Positions 45,656 to 58,762 of a stretch of 64,000 nucleotides of DNA are shown in pieces. Position numbers and translations under genes: made by a program. The DNA lies in NCBI GenBank assembly GCA_964187785.1, contig OZ076418.1, forward strand, positions 744,001 through 808,000. Reading direction: 5' to 3'. Position 1 is the stretch's first letter. Each line of letters starts with the position of its first letter. This DNA comes from Amphiscolops sp. MND2022. Lineage: Eukaryota. The notes beneath the pieces were generated by a model. It ran no database searches. It was not told the origin of the DNA and saw nothing but the letters and a program-made list of their open reading frames with translations.

Positions 45656-47158
45656 GCTAGGTTTTTGAGGATTTAAAAATTACTGAAAGGGGTCAAAAGC
45701 TGTCCTTCCCTGCTATGCGGGCATGAAATTAACATTGTTCCACACACTTTGGCGCAGCAAGCTTTACCACAAGTGGTGCATTGCAACCAGTCGCACCAGC
45801 ATGCTGAATTCAGAGTAGTACATACCCAACAGTAAGTGTGTTTTTTCTGCATACAGTCATGACGTCAGGGTGAATGGTTAGAATTCGGACTTCCTTCGTC
45901 TCAACGTGGAAGTACGTGAATAGTTCCCTGGTTTCGAATTCTGAGTTAGCATTGTATAAACAAGCATAATTGTTGGAAGCACTGTAAATTAATATTAATT
46001 TCATTTAAAAGCTTCCCATGACTTTGAAATGAGTATAAAACTGGTTTATAGCCTCAATTCGCATCAGGGTAGCCTTTAAAAAGGCTAGGTTTTTGAGGAT
46101 TTAAAAATTACTGGAGGGGGTAAAAAGCTGTCCTCCCCTGCAATGTGGGCATGAAAATAACCTTGCTCCACACACTTTGGCGCAGCAAACTTTACCACAA
46201 GTGGTGATTGCAACTAGTCGCACCAGCATGCTGAATTCAGAGTAGTACATACCGAACAGTAAGTGTGCTTATTCTGCATACAGTCATGACGTGTTCCAAA
46301 TTTGTTCCACGTTTGTTGGAAGCAATATTTTTGCACGTCATAGAAATATTCAGTTTCAATGCAACAAAAGCTCATCTTTTGCCAAGGAGGAGAAACTTTC
46401 TCGACACTTTCTGGCTAAACACTCAACGTCTAGTTTCGTATGCTCTATCTGTATATTACCGTCTCTTACTTTCAACCGTTTGAGTTATCATAAACGTCAA
46501 GAACACGGAAGAGTGGGGAAAATACCAATCGATCAAATTGATTTATCTGGATTTGGAGAGGAGAATCTAGTAAACTGTGAAAGAGATCATTCAATAAAAT
46601 AATTATCGAAGAATATAAAATAATATTAATTTCATTTAAAAGCTTCCCATGACTTTGAAATGAGTATAAAACTGGTTTATAGCCTCAATTCGCATCAGGG
46701 TAGCCTTTAAAAAGGCTAGGTTTGTGAGGATTTAAAAATTATTGAAGGGGGTCAAAAGCTGTCCTTCCCTGCTATGTGGGCATGAAATTAACAATGTTCC
46801 ACACACTTTGGCGCATCAAACTTTACACAAGTGGTGCATTGCAACCAGTCGCACCAGCATGCTGAATTCAGAGTAGTACATACCCAACAGTAAGTGTGTT
46901 TATTCTGCATACAGTCATGACGTCAGGGTGAATGGCTAGAAATCGGACTTCCTTCGTCTCAACGTGGAGGTACCTGAATAGTTCCCTGGTTTCGAATTCT
47001 GAGTTACCATTGTATAAACAAGCATAATTGTTGGAAGCACTATAAATTAATATTAATTTCATTTAAAAGCTTCCCATGACTTTGAAATGAGTTTAAAACT
47101 GGTTTATAGCCTCAATTTGCATCAGGGTAGCCTTTAAAAAGGCTAGGTTTTTGAGGAT

Positions 47159-47350
47159 TTAAAAATTATTGAAGGGGGTAAAAAGCTGTCCTTCCCTGCA
47201 ATGTGGGCCTGAAATTAACATTGCTCCACACACTTTGGCGCAGCAAACTTTACCAAAAGTGGTGCATTGCAACCAGTCGCACCTGCATGCTGAATTCAGA
47301 GTAGTACATACCCAACAGTAGGTGTGCTTATTCTGTATACAGTCATGACG
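47159..47350 (-). pseudogene. Older-family RING/FYVE-like gene fragment (one of six copies, at about 45672, 46101, 46732, 47159, 48928 and 52390)
   Basis: YCWVCTTLNSAC(W/R)CDWLQCTT(C/F)GKVCCAKVCG..LI.CPH.R aligns with RCAICLTLRRKCWCSWVSCGVCDFVFCRAVCSQYIDKCPHCR. Confidence 0.85.
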
Positions 47351-49574
47351 TGTTCCAAGTTTGTTCCAAGTTTGTTGGAAGCAATATTTTTGCACGTCAT
47401 AGAAAGATTCAGTTTCAATGCAACAAAAGCTCCCCATCTTTTGACAAGGAGGAGAAACTTTCTCGACACTTTCTGGCTAAACACTCAACGTCTAGTTTCG
47501 TATGCTCTATCTGTAAATTACCGTCTCTTACTTTCAACCGTTTCAGTTGTCATAAATGTCAAGTACATGGAAGAGTGGGAAAAGTACCAATCGATCAAAT
47601 TGATTTGTCTGAATTTGGAGAGGAGAATCCAGAATTATTGGAGGAACATCGTTCTGGGCAGCCTTTCTGGGTTGATTCCATGAACAATTTTTGTTTCGTG
47701 TTTTTCGATAATTTTTCAGTAGAAAACCGTTTTGACCAAATAAAATATCATTTTTCTCAATTGTAGACCGGTTTTCATGAATTTTGACTGTTTTCCGATA
47801 GCTTTTTATCGGAAAATGGCCATTTTTCTAATTTGAAACTCATTTTTGGTACTTATTTCCAGGAAAGAAAAGGGAGAACTCGTCGTTTTCGCGAATTTGA
47901 GTACATTGAGTTGATGTCTCTGATGTTGGAAGCGCGGGGCCCACCCCCTTTATATACATGGGGGTGTATCCCCGCTGTCGGTGTGATATGAGTGGCCTAT
48001 AGCTGTAACGATCAAGACTCATTCCGAAACGTCACGATAACACACCCTTAGTGCTATATGTTAACATATACTCAATAAAACTTACTTAATCCTTAAAATA
48101 TTGAATGAGATGAAAGCGATCTGGCAGAATTAATCTGATTCTTGAAAAATCCAAGTTTTCGGTTCTTACCTACATGTCCTTGTTCACTTAGAAGTGTTAT
48201 GCTCAGTACTTGTTCCCACTAGACGGTACTGATAGTTTTTCTAAATCGATGAATCTTCACTTACTTAAAAACTGGTTTGATTATATTATACTAAACTTCT
48301 GGCGGAACGAACAACTTTCAATACTAAACTAATTCTAGTTGAGTTAGTTTCCCGTATTTTGCTCCAGGTTGCAAAATTCAGCGAAAACTTGTACTGGATT
48401 AAGTGAGTCATGAAACCTTGGGAAGCCTCCTTTACTGGACTACTGGAAGTAACATATCATCGAACACTTGTGACGGATTGAGTGAACCAAAAACAAATTG
48501 ATTGCAGAGACACTTCTAACTTTCAACTTACAGTATACAGTAGTAAACTTACTGTAGTAATCCGCGAAAGAGAATATTCATGAAAGGTATGAAAAGTGAA
48601 TAAACCTTCGAGTCACAGTGAACATGACAGGTTAGAAATATCGATTCTCTAAACTGTCTTGTAAACCGTGCAGATCATTCATGAGTGATATGAAATGAAA
48701 AGTGAATGAACTTTTGACTCGCAGTGAACATGACAGGTTAGACTTACTGAATCACAACTGTCTAAAAAAACCGTGGAAGAGATCATTCATTAAAATAACT
48801 ATCGAAGAATATAAATTAATATTAATTTCATTTAAAAGCTTCCCATGACTTCGAAATGAGTATAAAACTGGTTTATAGCCTCAATTCGCATCAGGGTAGC
48901 CTTTAAAAAGGCTGGGTTTTTGAGGATTTAAAAATTATTGAAGGGGGTCCAAAAGCTGTCCTTCCCTGCAATGTGGGCATGAAATTAACATTGTTCCACA
49001 CACTTTGGCGCCGCAAACTTTACCACAAGTGGTGCATTGCAACCAATCGCACCAGCCTGCTGAATTGAGAGTAGTGCATACCCAACAGTAAGTGTGCTTA
49101 TTCTGCATACAGTCATGACGTCAGGGTTAATGGTTAGAATTCGGACTTCTTTCGTCTCAACGTGGAAGTACGTGAATAGTTCCCTCGTTTCGAATTCTGA
49201 GTTAGCATTGTATAAACAAGCATAACTGTTGGAAGTTGATGATTTGTGAAGAAGATAGAGATTGAACTGAGAAAATGAAGATTATTGAAGAAATTTTGGA
49301 ACAGTTGTGGAGCAAAGTTTAGAATTACGAAGTTATTTCAAAATTATAGTATCTGAAGGTAATTGTGTGAGAAAACTTGGAGGTTAAAGTTTGGACTTTT
49401 CGAAACTGAGTAACAGAGCAAAATTTGGATGACGTGTGAAAATGAAGATTTGTGAAGAAGTTTAAGGTTGAATTTCGGAGCAGTTGGAGATGGAATTTCG
49501 AAGCAGTGTTGCTGAGGAAAAGTTTCCGAACGTCAGTATTTGTACTATCCATTCTTTGAATAAATGATGAATAA

Positions 49575-50170
49575 ATTACCTCCACCAATCACAGCTCGTT
49601 ATTGTGATTGTGCGCCATCTAGTTCATGCAAACCAACAAACTCATGAAAGGTACCAAATTTGAAAGTTTGAATGAATTAGGAATAAATTACCTCCACCCA
49701 ATCACAGTTCGTTGTTGTCATTGTGCACCATCTAGGTCATGCAAACCAACAAACTCATGAAAGGAGCCAAGTTTGAATAAATTATTATTAAGTTACCTCC
49801 ACCAATCACAGTTCGTTATTGTGATTGTGCGCCATCTAGTTCATGCAAACCAACAAACTCATGAAAAGTACCAAATTTGAAAGTTTGAATGAATTAGGAA
49901 TAAATTACATCCACCCAATCACAGTTCGTTGTTGTCATTGTGCACCATCTAGGTCATGCAAACCAACAAACTCATGAAAGGAGCCAAGTTTGAATAAATT
50001 ATTATTAAGTTACCTCCACCAATCACAGTTCGTTGTTGTGATTGTACGCCATCTAGTTCATGCAAAGTAACAAATTCATGAAAGGCGCCAAATTTGAATT
50101 TTCGAATAAAGTATCTCCACCAATCACAGTTCGTTGTTGTGATAGTGTCCCATCTAGTTCATGCAAAGTA
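49575..50170. repeat. Six CCAAT-palindrome tandem units
   Basis: CCAATCACAG at about 49585, 49698, 49802, 49915, 50019 and 50120. Confidence 0.85.
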
Positions 50171-53100
50171 ACATCCATGAAAGGTACCCAAATTCAAGCT
50201 TTTACAAAATTAGGAATGAATTTGGCATTCCGTGGTAGTCTGGATCTGTTTCCTGCTTTGTTCGTAAAATATAGTAACATTTCGTTCCTTCTCTTAGTCT
50301 CTGATTATCCTATTGACCTCACACAATTTCGAACAATACTCAGTATCAATTCAAATTTTTGTAATTCTCCCAATTGTCAGTATCATATTCTAGTTTACAG
50401 CACACATCTCAGTTCTTCAGATTTTTCACTCCAGGGCATTTTCTCCTATCAGATTGTAGGCTGTCTTTTCACTGTCTTTATTTCATAAAGTTTTATTTCA
50501 TAAACATACTAAAATTGAAAGGATTCATTTTCCGAGAACTTTTGTCAGCAATCGACTTCCATTAATCTCTCCGGTCTCCAGTCCCAACAAGTTTCAATGT
50601 GTCGAGAAAAGACTTCTTCAGAAGAAATTCAAAACTAATCCGAGAAAATAAACATTGATTTCTCCCAAAGCTCTCGAAACTTGCACTATTGCAATTCTCT
50701 CCAAAAGAAATTCGATATTGTTATCCAGCAAACGAGAAGAATTACTTGAAACTATAGATTGTATATCAAAATTTTTATAGCTTCTCAAAATGTCTCATAG
50801 AGAACTGAAACAATGTCCCATGTGTTCCAAGTTTGTTGGAAGCAATAACTTTGTACGTCATAAAAAGATTTAGTTTCAATGCAGCAAAAGCTCCTCATCT
50901 TTTGCCAAAGAGGAGAAACTTTCTCGATACTTTCTGGCTAAACACTCCACGTCTAGTTTCGTATGCTCTATCTGTAAATTAGCGTCTCTTACTTTCAACT
51001 GTTTGAGTTATCATAAACGTCGAGTACATGGAAGAGTGGGAAAAATACCAATAGATCAAATTGATTTATCTTAATTTGGAGATGAGAATCCAGAATTATT
51101 GGAGGAACTTCGTTCTGGGCAACCTTTCTGGGTTGATTCCATGAACAACTTTTGTTTCGTGTTTTTCGAAAATTTTTCAATAGAAAACCGTTTCGACCAA
51201 ATAAAATATCCTTTTTCTCAATTGTAGACCGGTTTTCAAGAATTTTGACTGTTTTCCGATAGCTTTTTATTGGAAAATGGCCATTTTTCTAATTTGAAAC
51301 TCAATTTTGGTACTCGTTTTCAGGAAAGAAAAGGGAGAACCCGTCGTTTTCGCTAATTTGAGTACATTGAGTTGATGTCTATGATGTTGGGAGCGCGGGG
51401 CCCACCCTCTTCATATACATGGGGGTGTATCCCCGCGGTCGGTGTGATATGACTAGCCTATAGCTGTAGCGATCAAGGCTCATTCCGAGACGTCACGATA
51501 ACACACCCTTAGTGCTATATGTTAACATATACTCAATAAAACTTAATCTTTAAAATGATATTGAATGAAATAAAAGCGATCTGACAGATTTAATCTGATT
51601 CTTGACAAATCCAAGTTTTCGGTTCTTTCCTACATGTCCTTGTTCACTCAGAAGTGTTATGCTCAGTACTTGTTCCCACTAGACGTTACTGACAGTTTTT
51701 CTAAATCGATGAATCTTCACTTACTTAAAAACTGGTTTGATTATATTATACTAAACTTCTGGCGGTACGAACAACTTTCAATACTGAACTAATTCTAGTT
51801 GAGTGAGTTTCCCGTATTTTGCTACAGGTTGCAAAATTCAGCGAAAACTTGCACTGGATTAAGTGAGTCATGAAACCTTGGGAAGCCTCCGTTACTGGAC
51901 TACTGAAAGTAACAGGTCAGCGAAAACTTGTGACGGATTGAGTGAACCAAAAACAAATTGATTTTAAGAGCCACTACTAACTTTCAACTAACAGTATACG
52001 GTAGTTAACTTACTGTAGTAATCCGCGAAAGAGAATATTCATGAAAGGTATGAAAAGTGAATAAACCTTCGAGTCACAGTGAACAAGACAGGTTAGAAAT
52101 ATCGATTCTCTAAACTGTCTTGTAAACCGTGCAGATCATTCATGAGTGATATGAAATGAAAAGTGAATGAACTTTTGACTCGCAGTGAACATGACAGGTT
52201 AGACTTACTGATTCACTAAACTGTCTAGTAGACTGTGAAAGAGATCATTCATAAAAATAATTATCGATGAATATAAATTAATATTAATTTCATTTAAAAG
52301 CTTCCCATGACATTGAAATGAGTATAAAACTGGTTTATAGCCTAAATTCGCATCAGGGTAGCCTTTAAAAAGGCTGGGTTTTTGAGGATTCAAAAATTAT
52401 TGAAGGGGGTCCAAAAGCTGTCCTTCCCTGCAATGTGGGCATGAAATTAACATTGTTCGACACACTTTGGCGCAGCAAACTTTACCACAAGTGATGCATT
52501 GCAACCTGTCGCACCAGCATGCTGAATTCAGAGTAGTACATACCCAACAGTAAGTGTGCTTATTCTGCATACAGTCATGACCTCATGGTGAATAGTTAGA
52601 ATTCGGACTTCCTTCGTCTTAACGTGGAAGTACGTGAATAGTTCCCTGGTTTCGAATTCTGAGATTGCATCGTATAAACGAGCATAATTGTTGGAAGTTG
52701 ATTTGTGGAGAAGATAGAGATTGAACTGAGAAAATGAAGATATTGAAGAAATTTTGGAACAGAGTTGTGGAGCAAAGTTTAGAATTACGAAGTTATTTCA
52801 AAATTATAGTATCTGAAGCTAATTGTGTGAGAAAACTCGGAGGTTAAAGATTCGACTTTTCGAAGCTGAGTAACAGAGCATTGGAGGAACTTCGTTCTGG
52901 GCAACCTTTCTGGGTTGATTCCATGAACAACTTTTGTTTCGTGTTTTTTGATAATTTTTTGATAGAAAACTGTTTTGACCAAATAAAATATCATTTATCT
53001 CAATTGTAGACCGGTTTTCATGAATTTTGACTTTTCCGATAGTTTTTTTATTGGAAAATGGCCATTTCTCTAATTTGAAACTCATTTTTGATACTCGTTT

Positions 53101-54910
53101 TCAGGAAAGAAAAGGGAGAACCCGTCGTTTTCGCGAATTTGAGTACATTGAGTTGATGTCTCTGATGTTGGGAGCGCGGGGCCCACCCCCTTCATATACA
53201 TGGGGGTGTATCCCCGCGGTCGGTGTGATATGAGTGGCCTATAGCTGTAACGATCAAGACTTATTCCGAGATGTCACGATAACACACCCTTAGTGCTATA
53301 TGTTAACCTATACTCAATAAAACTTACCTAATCTTTAAATTGATATTGAATGAGATAAAAGCGATCTGACAGATTTAATCTGATTCTTGAAAAATCCAAG
53401 TTTTCGGTTCTTTCCTACATGTCCTTGTTCACTCAGAAGTGTTATGCTCAGTACTTGTTCCCACTAGACGGTACTGATTTTTCTAAATCGATGAATCTTC
53501 ACTTACTTAAAAACTGGTTTGATTATATTATACTAAACTTCTGGCGGAACGAACAACTTTCAATACTGAACTAATTCTAGTTGAGTGAGTTTCCCGTTTT
53601 TTGCTACAGGTTGCAAAATTCAGCGGAAACTTGTACTGGATTAAGTGAGTCATGAAACCTTGGGAAGCCTCCTTTACTGGACTACCGAAAGTAACATATC
53701 AGCGAACACTTGTGACGGATTGAGTGAACTAAAAACAAATTGATTGAAGAGACACTGCTAACTTTCAACTTACGGTATACAGTAGTAATCCGCGAAAAAG
53801 AATATTCATGAAAGAGAATAATCATGCGAAGTCTTTCCTTATGTTCAGTGGTAGAGCTCTCTCGTCTCGTACCACTGTAACGCTTAAGGAATGTTCAGAT
53901 GCACCCACCGACGTTTTGAACTCCCCTGCAACTTCAGCTCTGACTCTCCGTTGGGGATTTCGTTGCTGGTGTTTAATTTCCCCAGCCAACGATGTTGCAT
54001 CCGAAAAAGCTTCCGGCATCACACAGCTTTCCACAATCGTGGCTGAGTTATCGTCAGGGTGAATGGTTAGAATTCGGACTTCCTTCGTCTCAACATTAAT
54101 AGTTCCCTCGTTTCGAATTTTGAGTTGAGCATTGTATAAACAAGCATAATTGTTGGAAGTTGATTTTTGAAGAAGATTGAAAATGAAGATTATTGAAGAG
54201 GAACAGAGTTTTGGAGCAAAGTTTAGAATTACGAAGTAATGTCAAAATTATAGTATCTGAAGGTAATTTTGTAAGATAACTTGGAAGTTAAAGATTCAAA
54301 TTTTCGAAGCTGTGTTACAGAGCAACATTTAGATGGTTTGTGAAAGTGAAGATTTGTGAAGAAGTTTAAGATTGAATTTCGAAGCAGTGTTACAAAGGAG
54401 AAGTTTCCGGACTTTTAGTATTTGTACTATCCATTCTTTGAATAATTTATGAATATATTACCTGCACCAATCACAGTTCGTTGTTGTTATTGTGCGCCAT
54501 CTAGTTCATGCAAACCAACAAACTCATGAAAAGTACCCAAATTCAATCTTTAAAAATATTAGAAATGAATTTGGCATTCTGTGGTAGTCTGGATCTGTTT
54601 CCTACTTTCTTCGATAAATATAGTAACAATTCGTTTCTTTTCTCAGTCTCTGATGATCCTATTGACCTCTCAAAATTCGAACAATACTCAGTGTCAAATC
54701 AAATTTTTGTAATTCTCCCAATTGTCAGCATCATATTCGAGTTTACAGCACACATCTCAGTTCTTCAGATTTATCACTCCAGGGCATTTTCTCCTATCAG
54801 ATTGTAGACTGTCTTTTCACTGTCTTCTTTATTTAATAAAGTTTTGAACTCCTTTTCATTAGATTTCCAAATCATTGATTTCTAGTCCTATAACAAATCT
54901 TAATACATGT

Positions 54911-54954
54911 ACTCCTCACTTTATACCCCTCTGTTCAGTTCACTCTTTACTTCT
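54911..54954 (-). mobile_element. Relic Polinton terminus of the older family
   Basis: Reverse complement AGAAGTA-N20-GGTATAAAGTGAGGAGT has the same spacing as the young TIR AGTAGTA-N20-GGTATAAAGTGAGGAGT. Confidence 0.6.
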
Positions 54955-55564
54955 CTCGTCAAAAGTTGAAGCTAAATACAAACGCACTGATCCTGATAGC
55001 CCTCTACGAAAGTTAGTAAGAAAGGGATATAAAGACTAAATATTATATTAACAGAATGGGATCCGATTAAATAAACAAATACAAACAATAATATTCACAA
55101 AATACAACTTGATTACTCTAAAATGCTGCCCGCCCTCGAAGAATTCGACCACCTGCCGACGAGCACAATTCCCCAGCTGAGCATAACCTCTCTGCATTGC
55201 TCTTAGCTGTTCTATAATGAGCATCTCCCACGGCTCAATAAGAACTGGCATCCACTGAAACAAAACACAGTCTCTAGTAACAAAGAGTTTATTTCCGCTC
55301 ACAGTGGCACAAAGATCTACTCTCCACCGATGTTTTTCAAAATAATGAAACCTGACTGGAACCATTGTGAATACACCATAAAAAAGAACAGAAAAATGTA
55401 AAAGTGAAACAACCTACATTGACATCATTTCTACAAATCAGGGTCAATACACACTCCAGTCGTAGACTCCACGAATATACGACCGTACATCCTTCAGACA
55501 CTTGATGACCTCGAAATTCATTTGTCATCATCTCTAATGATCGTCTCTCAAACTCACGAAATAA

Positions 55565-55815
55565 GGCCAAATAGGTCCGGGATATCCTGGATACTTTGAA
55601 GGCAAATTCAGACAAACATGTGAGACTATTGGATATTGGCTGGAAAAGTGTGGTGTTTGGTTTGCAGTTTTTCTCTTTGTGAAACTCATCAATGACGTAA
55701 CAGTAACTATCGTCAGAGACTTTGAAATACACCGACTTACTGAAGAATCTGTGGGATTTGGTAAAATCCTATCATCTGCAAACATTCTTTTAATGGTTTC
55801 AATTTTTCATTCAAT
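55565..55815 (+). pseudogene. Fragment resembling the membrane-anchor end of a retroelement envelope glycoprotein
   Basis: GPGYPGYFEGKF..TIGYWLEKCGVWFAVFLFVKLINDVTVTIVR..EIHRLT..SVGFGKIL contains a hydrophobic segment; family assignment is from recollection, not a search. Confidence 0.35.
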
Positions 55816-55841
55816 GTTCACCCCCTCTACAAAAGATATTC

Positions 55842-56125
55842 CATATCTGGAGAATTAGCTCCTTCAGCCTTATGTTCGATAATGCAAAGGCTGCCGAACA
55901 AGAAAGACAAAAAGGCATCGACCCTCACCCCAAAATACCTTGTAATTTTTACGGCCCTCTGTTCTACACATCAAATCACTGGTACCGTTTCGATATGAAA
56001 CTATACCCTTATGGATGCCCTCCTGCTGCTGGAGAAAGTGCTTCTCTAGATATCAACATGGTGAATTCGACCCAATTCTTGCTTGGCCTGTCAAACTGAT
56101 CTTCCGAATTATTGTAATTATTTTG
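55842..56125 (+). pseudogene. TRAF-type MATH domain, N-terminal half (frameshifted)
   Basis: HIWRISSF...FYGPLFYTS..YRF.MKLYPYG...GEFDPILAWP. Confidence 0.7.
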
Positions 56126-56326
56126 AGCGAACCTAGACGTGGACGGCTGATGAGAGAGTCAAGAAGGCAGGAAAGTATTAAAGAAAGAAATAGTTACTTA
56201 CGTGATTGGAGAAGGATCGTCTTCAGTCGGGTGTTGGATGAGAGGTTAATTAGTGGTTAATGATGTTAGAGAATCCGGAAGGGTTGTCGTTGCATTTTTA
56301 TACTCGATTTCAAAAATAGGAAATGT

Positions 56327-56456
56327 GGAACCACGCTTATCGTCGATTCCACCTGATGAGGCTGATGTAAGTATACCTGGAACCACGCTTATCGTCGATT
56401 CCACCAAATTAGGCTGATTTAAGGAAACTGGGAACCACGTTTAACGTAGATTCCAC
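56327..56456 (+). repeat. Three ~52-bp tandem units with core GGAACCACGCTTATCGTCGATTCCAC
   Basis: Cores at 56327, 56379 and 56431. Confidence 0.85.
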
Positions 56457-56734
56457 TACTTGAAGAAAATACATGCTTCTTGGGAAAAATTACCTGAAAA
56501 TTTGCAAGAGAAAAAATCCTGCGGGATAAAAAAATAAATTTGAAATGAAAGTAAATTAGTTCCATTTTTTGGAACCACAAAAATGTCAACAAGAAAAGTA
56601 AACATAAATAAGAGAAAATTAAATTCCAACAGTACTGAGAGTAAAATAAATTGAACAAAGCAAATCTTGGCAGCCAGTGTAAAACAACATATGAACAAAA
56701 TCAAAAAAGTGTTCAGGCAGCTTGCAAGGGTTGA

Positions 56735-57115
56735 CTATTCGTTGCGAAGAAATTGGAGAACTTTTTTATTTATGACTGTTTTGAGTTGTGTCAAACCGTA
56801 TCTATTAAGATGTACATCATCAGACTGGAGGACATTTTCACAGGACATGTTGTACGATACACCGACATATACGTATTGGTATGATTCATTAGACAAAAGA
56901 TCATTAAATCGACAAATTGAATTAAAGGATACATTTCTTCTTTTGGGGATACCCACAACAAACACACGGATACCGAGTTCATGCAGGTAGTTCGCTATAG
57001 AATCTATATCCAGTTTAACTTCTGCTGGGCTCATCTTTCGCCTTATTGACCGCGTTCTTCATACTTTGGGACAATCCATTTCCTCCAAGAAATACTATAA
57101 TGTAGTGGTATTTGT
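56735..57115 (-). pseudogene. SGNH/GDSL-type esterase fragment (frameshifted)
   Basis: Block III-like IIVFLGGNG and block V DDVHLNRYG. Confidence 0.6.
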
Positions 57116-57289
57116 TGAGATTATTTGTTCTTAAATAGCTAAGCACGTCTTATGAAATGGAAACTTCATCACATTCTTCCATTCAGAAGTTTCGTACAAG
57201 CGAGTCACCAATTAACAAGGTATTCGTATTTGCAAAAATTCTTTCGTAGACGCGAAATGTATATCCATTGAGTCGCAATGTACCAAAAT

Positions 57290-57515
57290 CTATTATCACA
57301 ATCACTGAAAGTGACAAACCTAGCGGCACTTGGACAAAAATGGTAAACCCAAAAGACAACCAAAACAGCCTGTTTTATACGTCTCTGCAGAAGTTATGGG
57401 AATCCGAGAATGTTTTCCCTTCCTGATCTCACTTAGCCAACCTTTCAAAAGCAATTCCCCGTTCATTCTAAATGATACGATGATCATCGAAGTCAACCTG
57501 GAAGAACCAATGTGA
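57290..57515 (+). pseudogene. TRAF-type MATH domain, C-terminal half
   Basis: TWTKMVNP...PFILNDTMIIEVNL matches the MATH C-terminal strands. Confidence 0.55.
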
Positions 57516-58179
57516 ACATCACCAACCTGTACACCCTCGTCACAATTTCTTCAACATTGAAACCCGGTTGAGATGTCGTGTGCGACTTATGGCAAATAAA
57601 AATCCTACCGTGAAAATCCAAAAGTCAAACTCAAAACTTGTTATGTATAATTTCATATTTTGTAACTTGCGCAGTTTTATCTTTATTACTTTCCCCTTCA
57701 GCTCTGAATTCTGAACACGAATGTTTTAACTCCCTTTGTTCAGCGACGCTACAGACATTCTTTATTTGGTCATGACGTCAAATGACATCATTTTGTCGTA
57801 GACGCTTCGCCTGCGAATTACACACTTATAATGCTTTTGTTAGCGTGATCATATGACTTGACGTCATATTACGTCATGTTTGTCAGCTAATAACGATTGT
57901 GATTGAATTTCATTAGTTGACGAAGGGGGCGAATTTAGTATAAAAGCAGACCAAATTTTCACCCCCTCAGAGCTCTTCTTTTGGAATACTAAATCGACAA
58001 ATCCGACAACTCCTACTTCTCAACCTTCCTTCACGGGTTCAATCCCCATCATCAGTCCGGCGCAGTATTAGTTAAACCTTCTTCATTTTTTATTTTTGGA
58101 GCTTTCACTTTCAATTTTTTTAAGTCTTTTAACTTAAACTTTGATCCGCAATCTCTAAATTTTTTGTTTTGGCTCAGTT

Positions 58180-58762
58180 CTTTTTTGACGATTTTCAAGC
58201 CGGCTTTCAAGTTAAAGCACTTCTATGTTAGAATATTTGCCAAGACTGCTTTCACGTTAAAGCAATTTTATCTTAGACGATTTTCAAGCCTGCTTTCAAG
58301 TTAAAGCAAGTCTATCTTCAAATATTTGTCAAGTCTGCTTTCAAGTTAAAGCACTTCTATCTTAAACGAATTGAAGCCTGCTTTCAAGGTAAAGCAATTC
58401 TATTTTAGAATTTTTGTCAAGCCTGCTTCCGCGATAAAGCAATTTTATCTTGGACGATTTCCAAGCCTGCTTTCAAGTGAAAGCAATTTTATCTTGGAGT
58501 CTTTGTCAATTCTGCTTTCAAGTTAAAGCACTTCTATCTTAAACGAATTGAAGCCTGCTTTCAAGGTAAAGCAATTCTATTTTAGAATTTTTGTCAAGCC
58601 TGCTTCCGCGATAAAGCAATTTTATCTTGGACGATTTCCAAGCCTGCTTTCAAGTGAAAGCAATTTTATCTTGGAGTCTTTGTCAATTCTGCTTTCAAGT
58701 TAAAGCAATTCTATCTTAGACGAGTTTTAAGCCTGTTTTCAAGTTAAAGCAATTCTATTTTT
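58180..58762 (+). repeat. 43-45-bp tandem repeats with TGCTTT-N6-AAAGCA hairpins and a 177-bp higher-order duplication (58334-58510 / 58511-58687)
   Basis: Read directly from the sequence; the array resumes after 59763. Confidence 0.9.

Larger units (their letters stand above)
45656..54954. repeat. Rearranged tandem array of older-Polinton fragments (RING module x6, ORF homologs, CCAAT repeats, pPolB 5' fragments)
   Basis: Recurring modules; the fullest unit is about 48780-52250 and matches 23600-25544. Confidence 0.9.

Noticed and set aside
55048-55365. 105-aa ORF with a faint transposase-like feel
   Set aside because: No motif could be assigned with confidence.
55534-55785. MFADD motif suggesting a reverse transcriptase
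   Set aside because: No other RT motifs are in frame, and the opposite strand gives a more coherent env-like reading.
56327-56456. Repeat-spacer-repeat pattern resembling a mini CRISPR array
   Set aside because: The spacers resemble each other (shared GGCTGAT), there are only three units, there are no cas genes and the context is eukaryotic. It is an ordinary tandem repeat.
58180-58762. Palindromic 43-45-bp repeats resembling CRISPR repeats
   Set aside because: The intervening sequences are homologous and duplicated as higher-order units, so this is a minisatellite.
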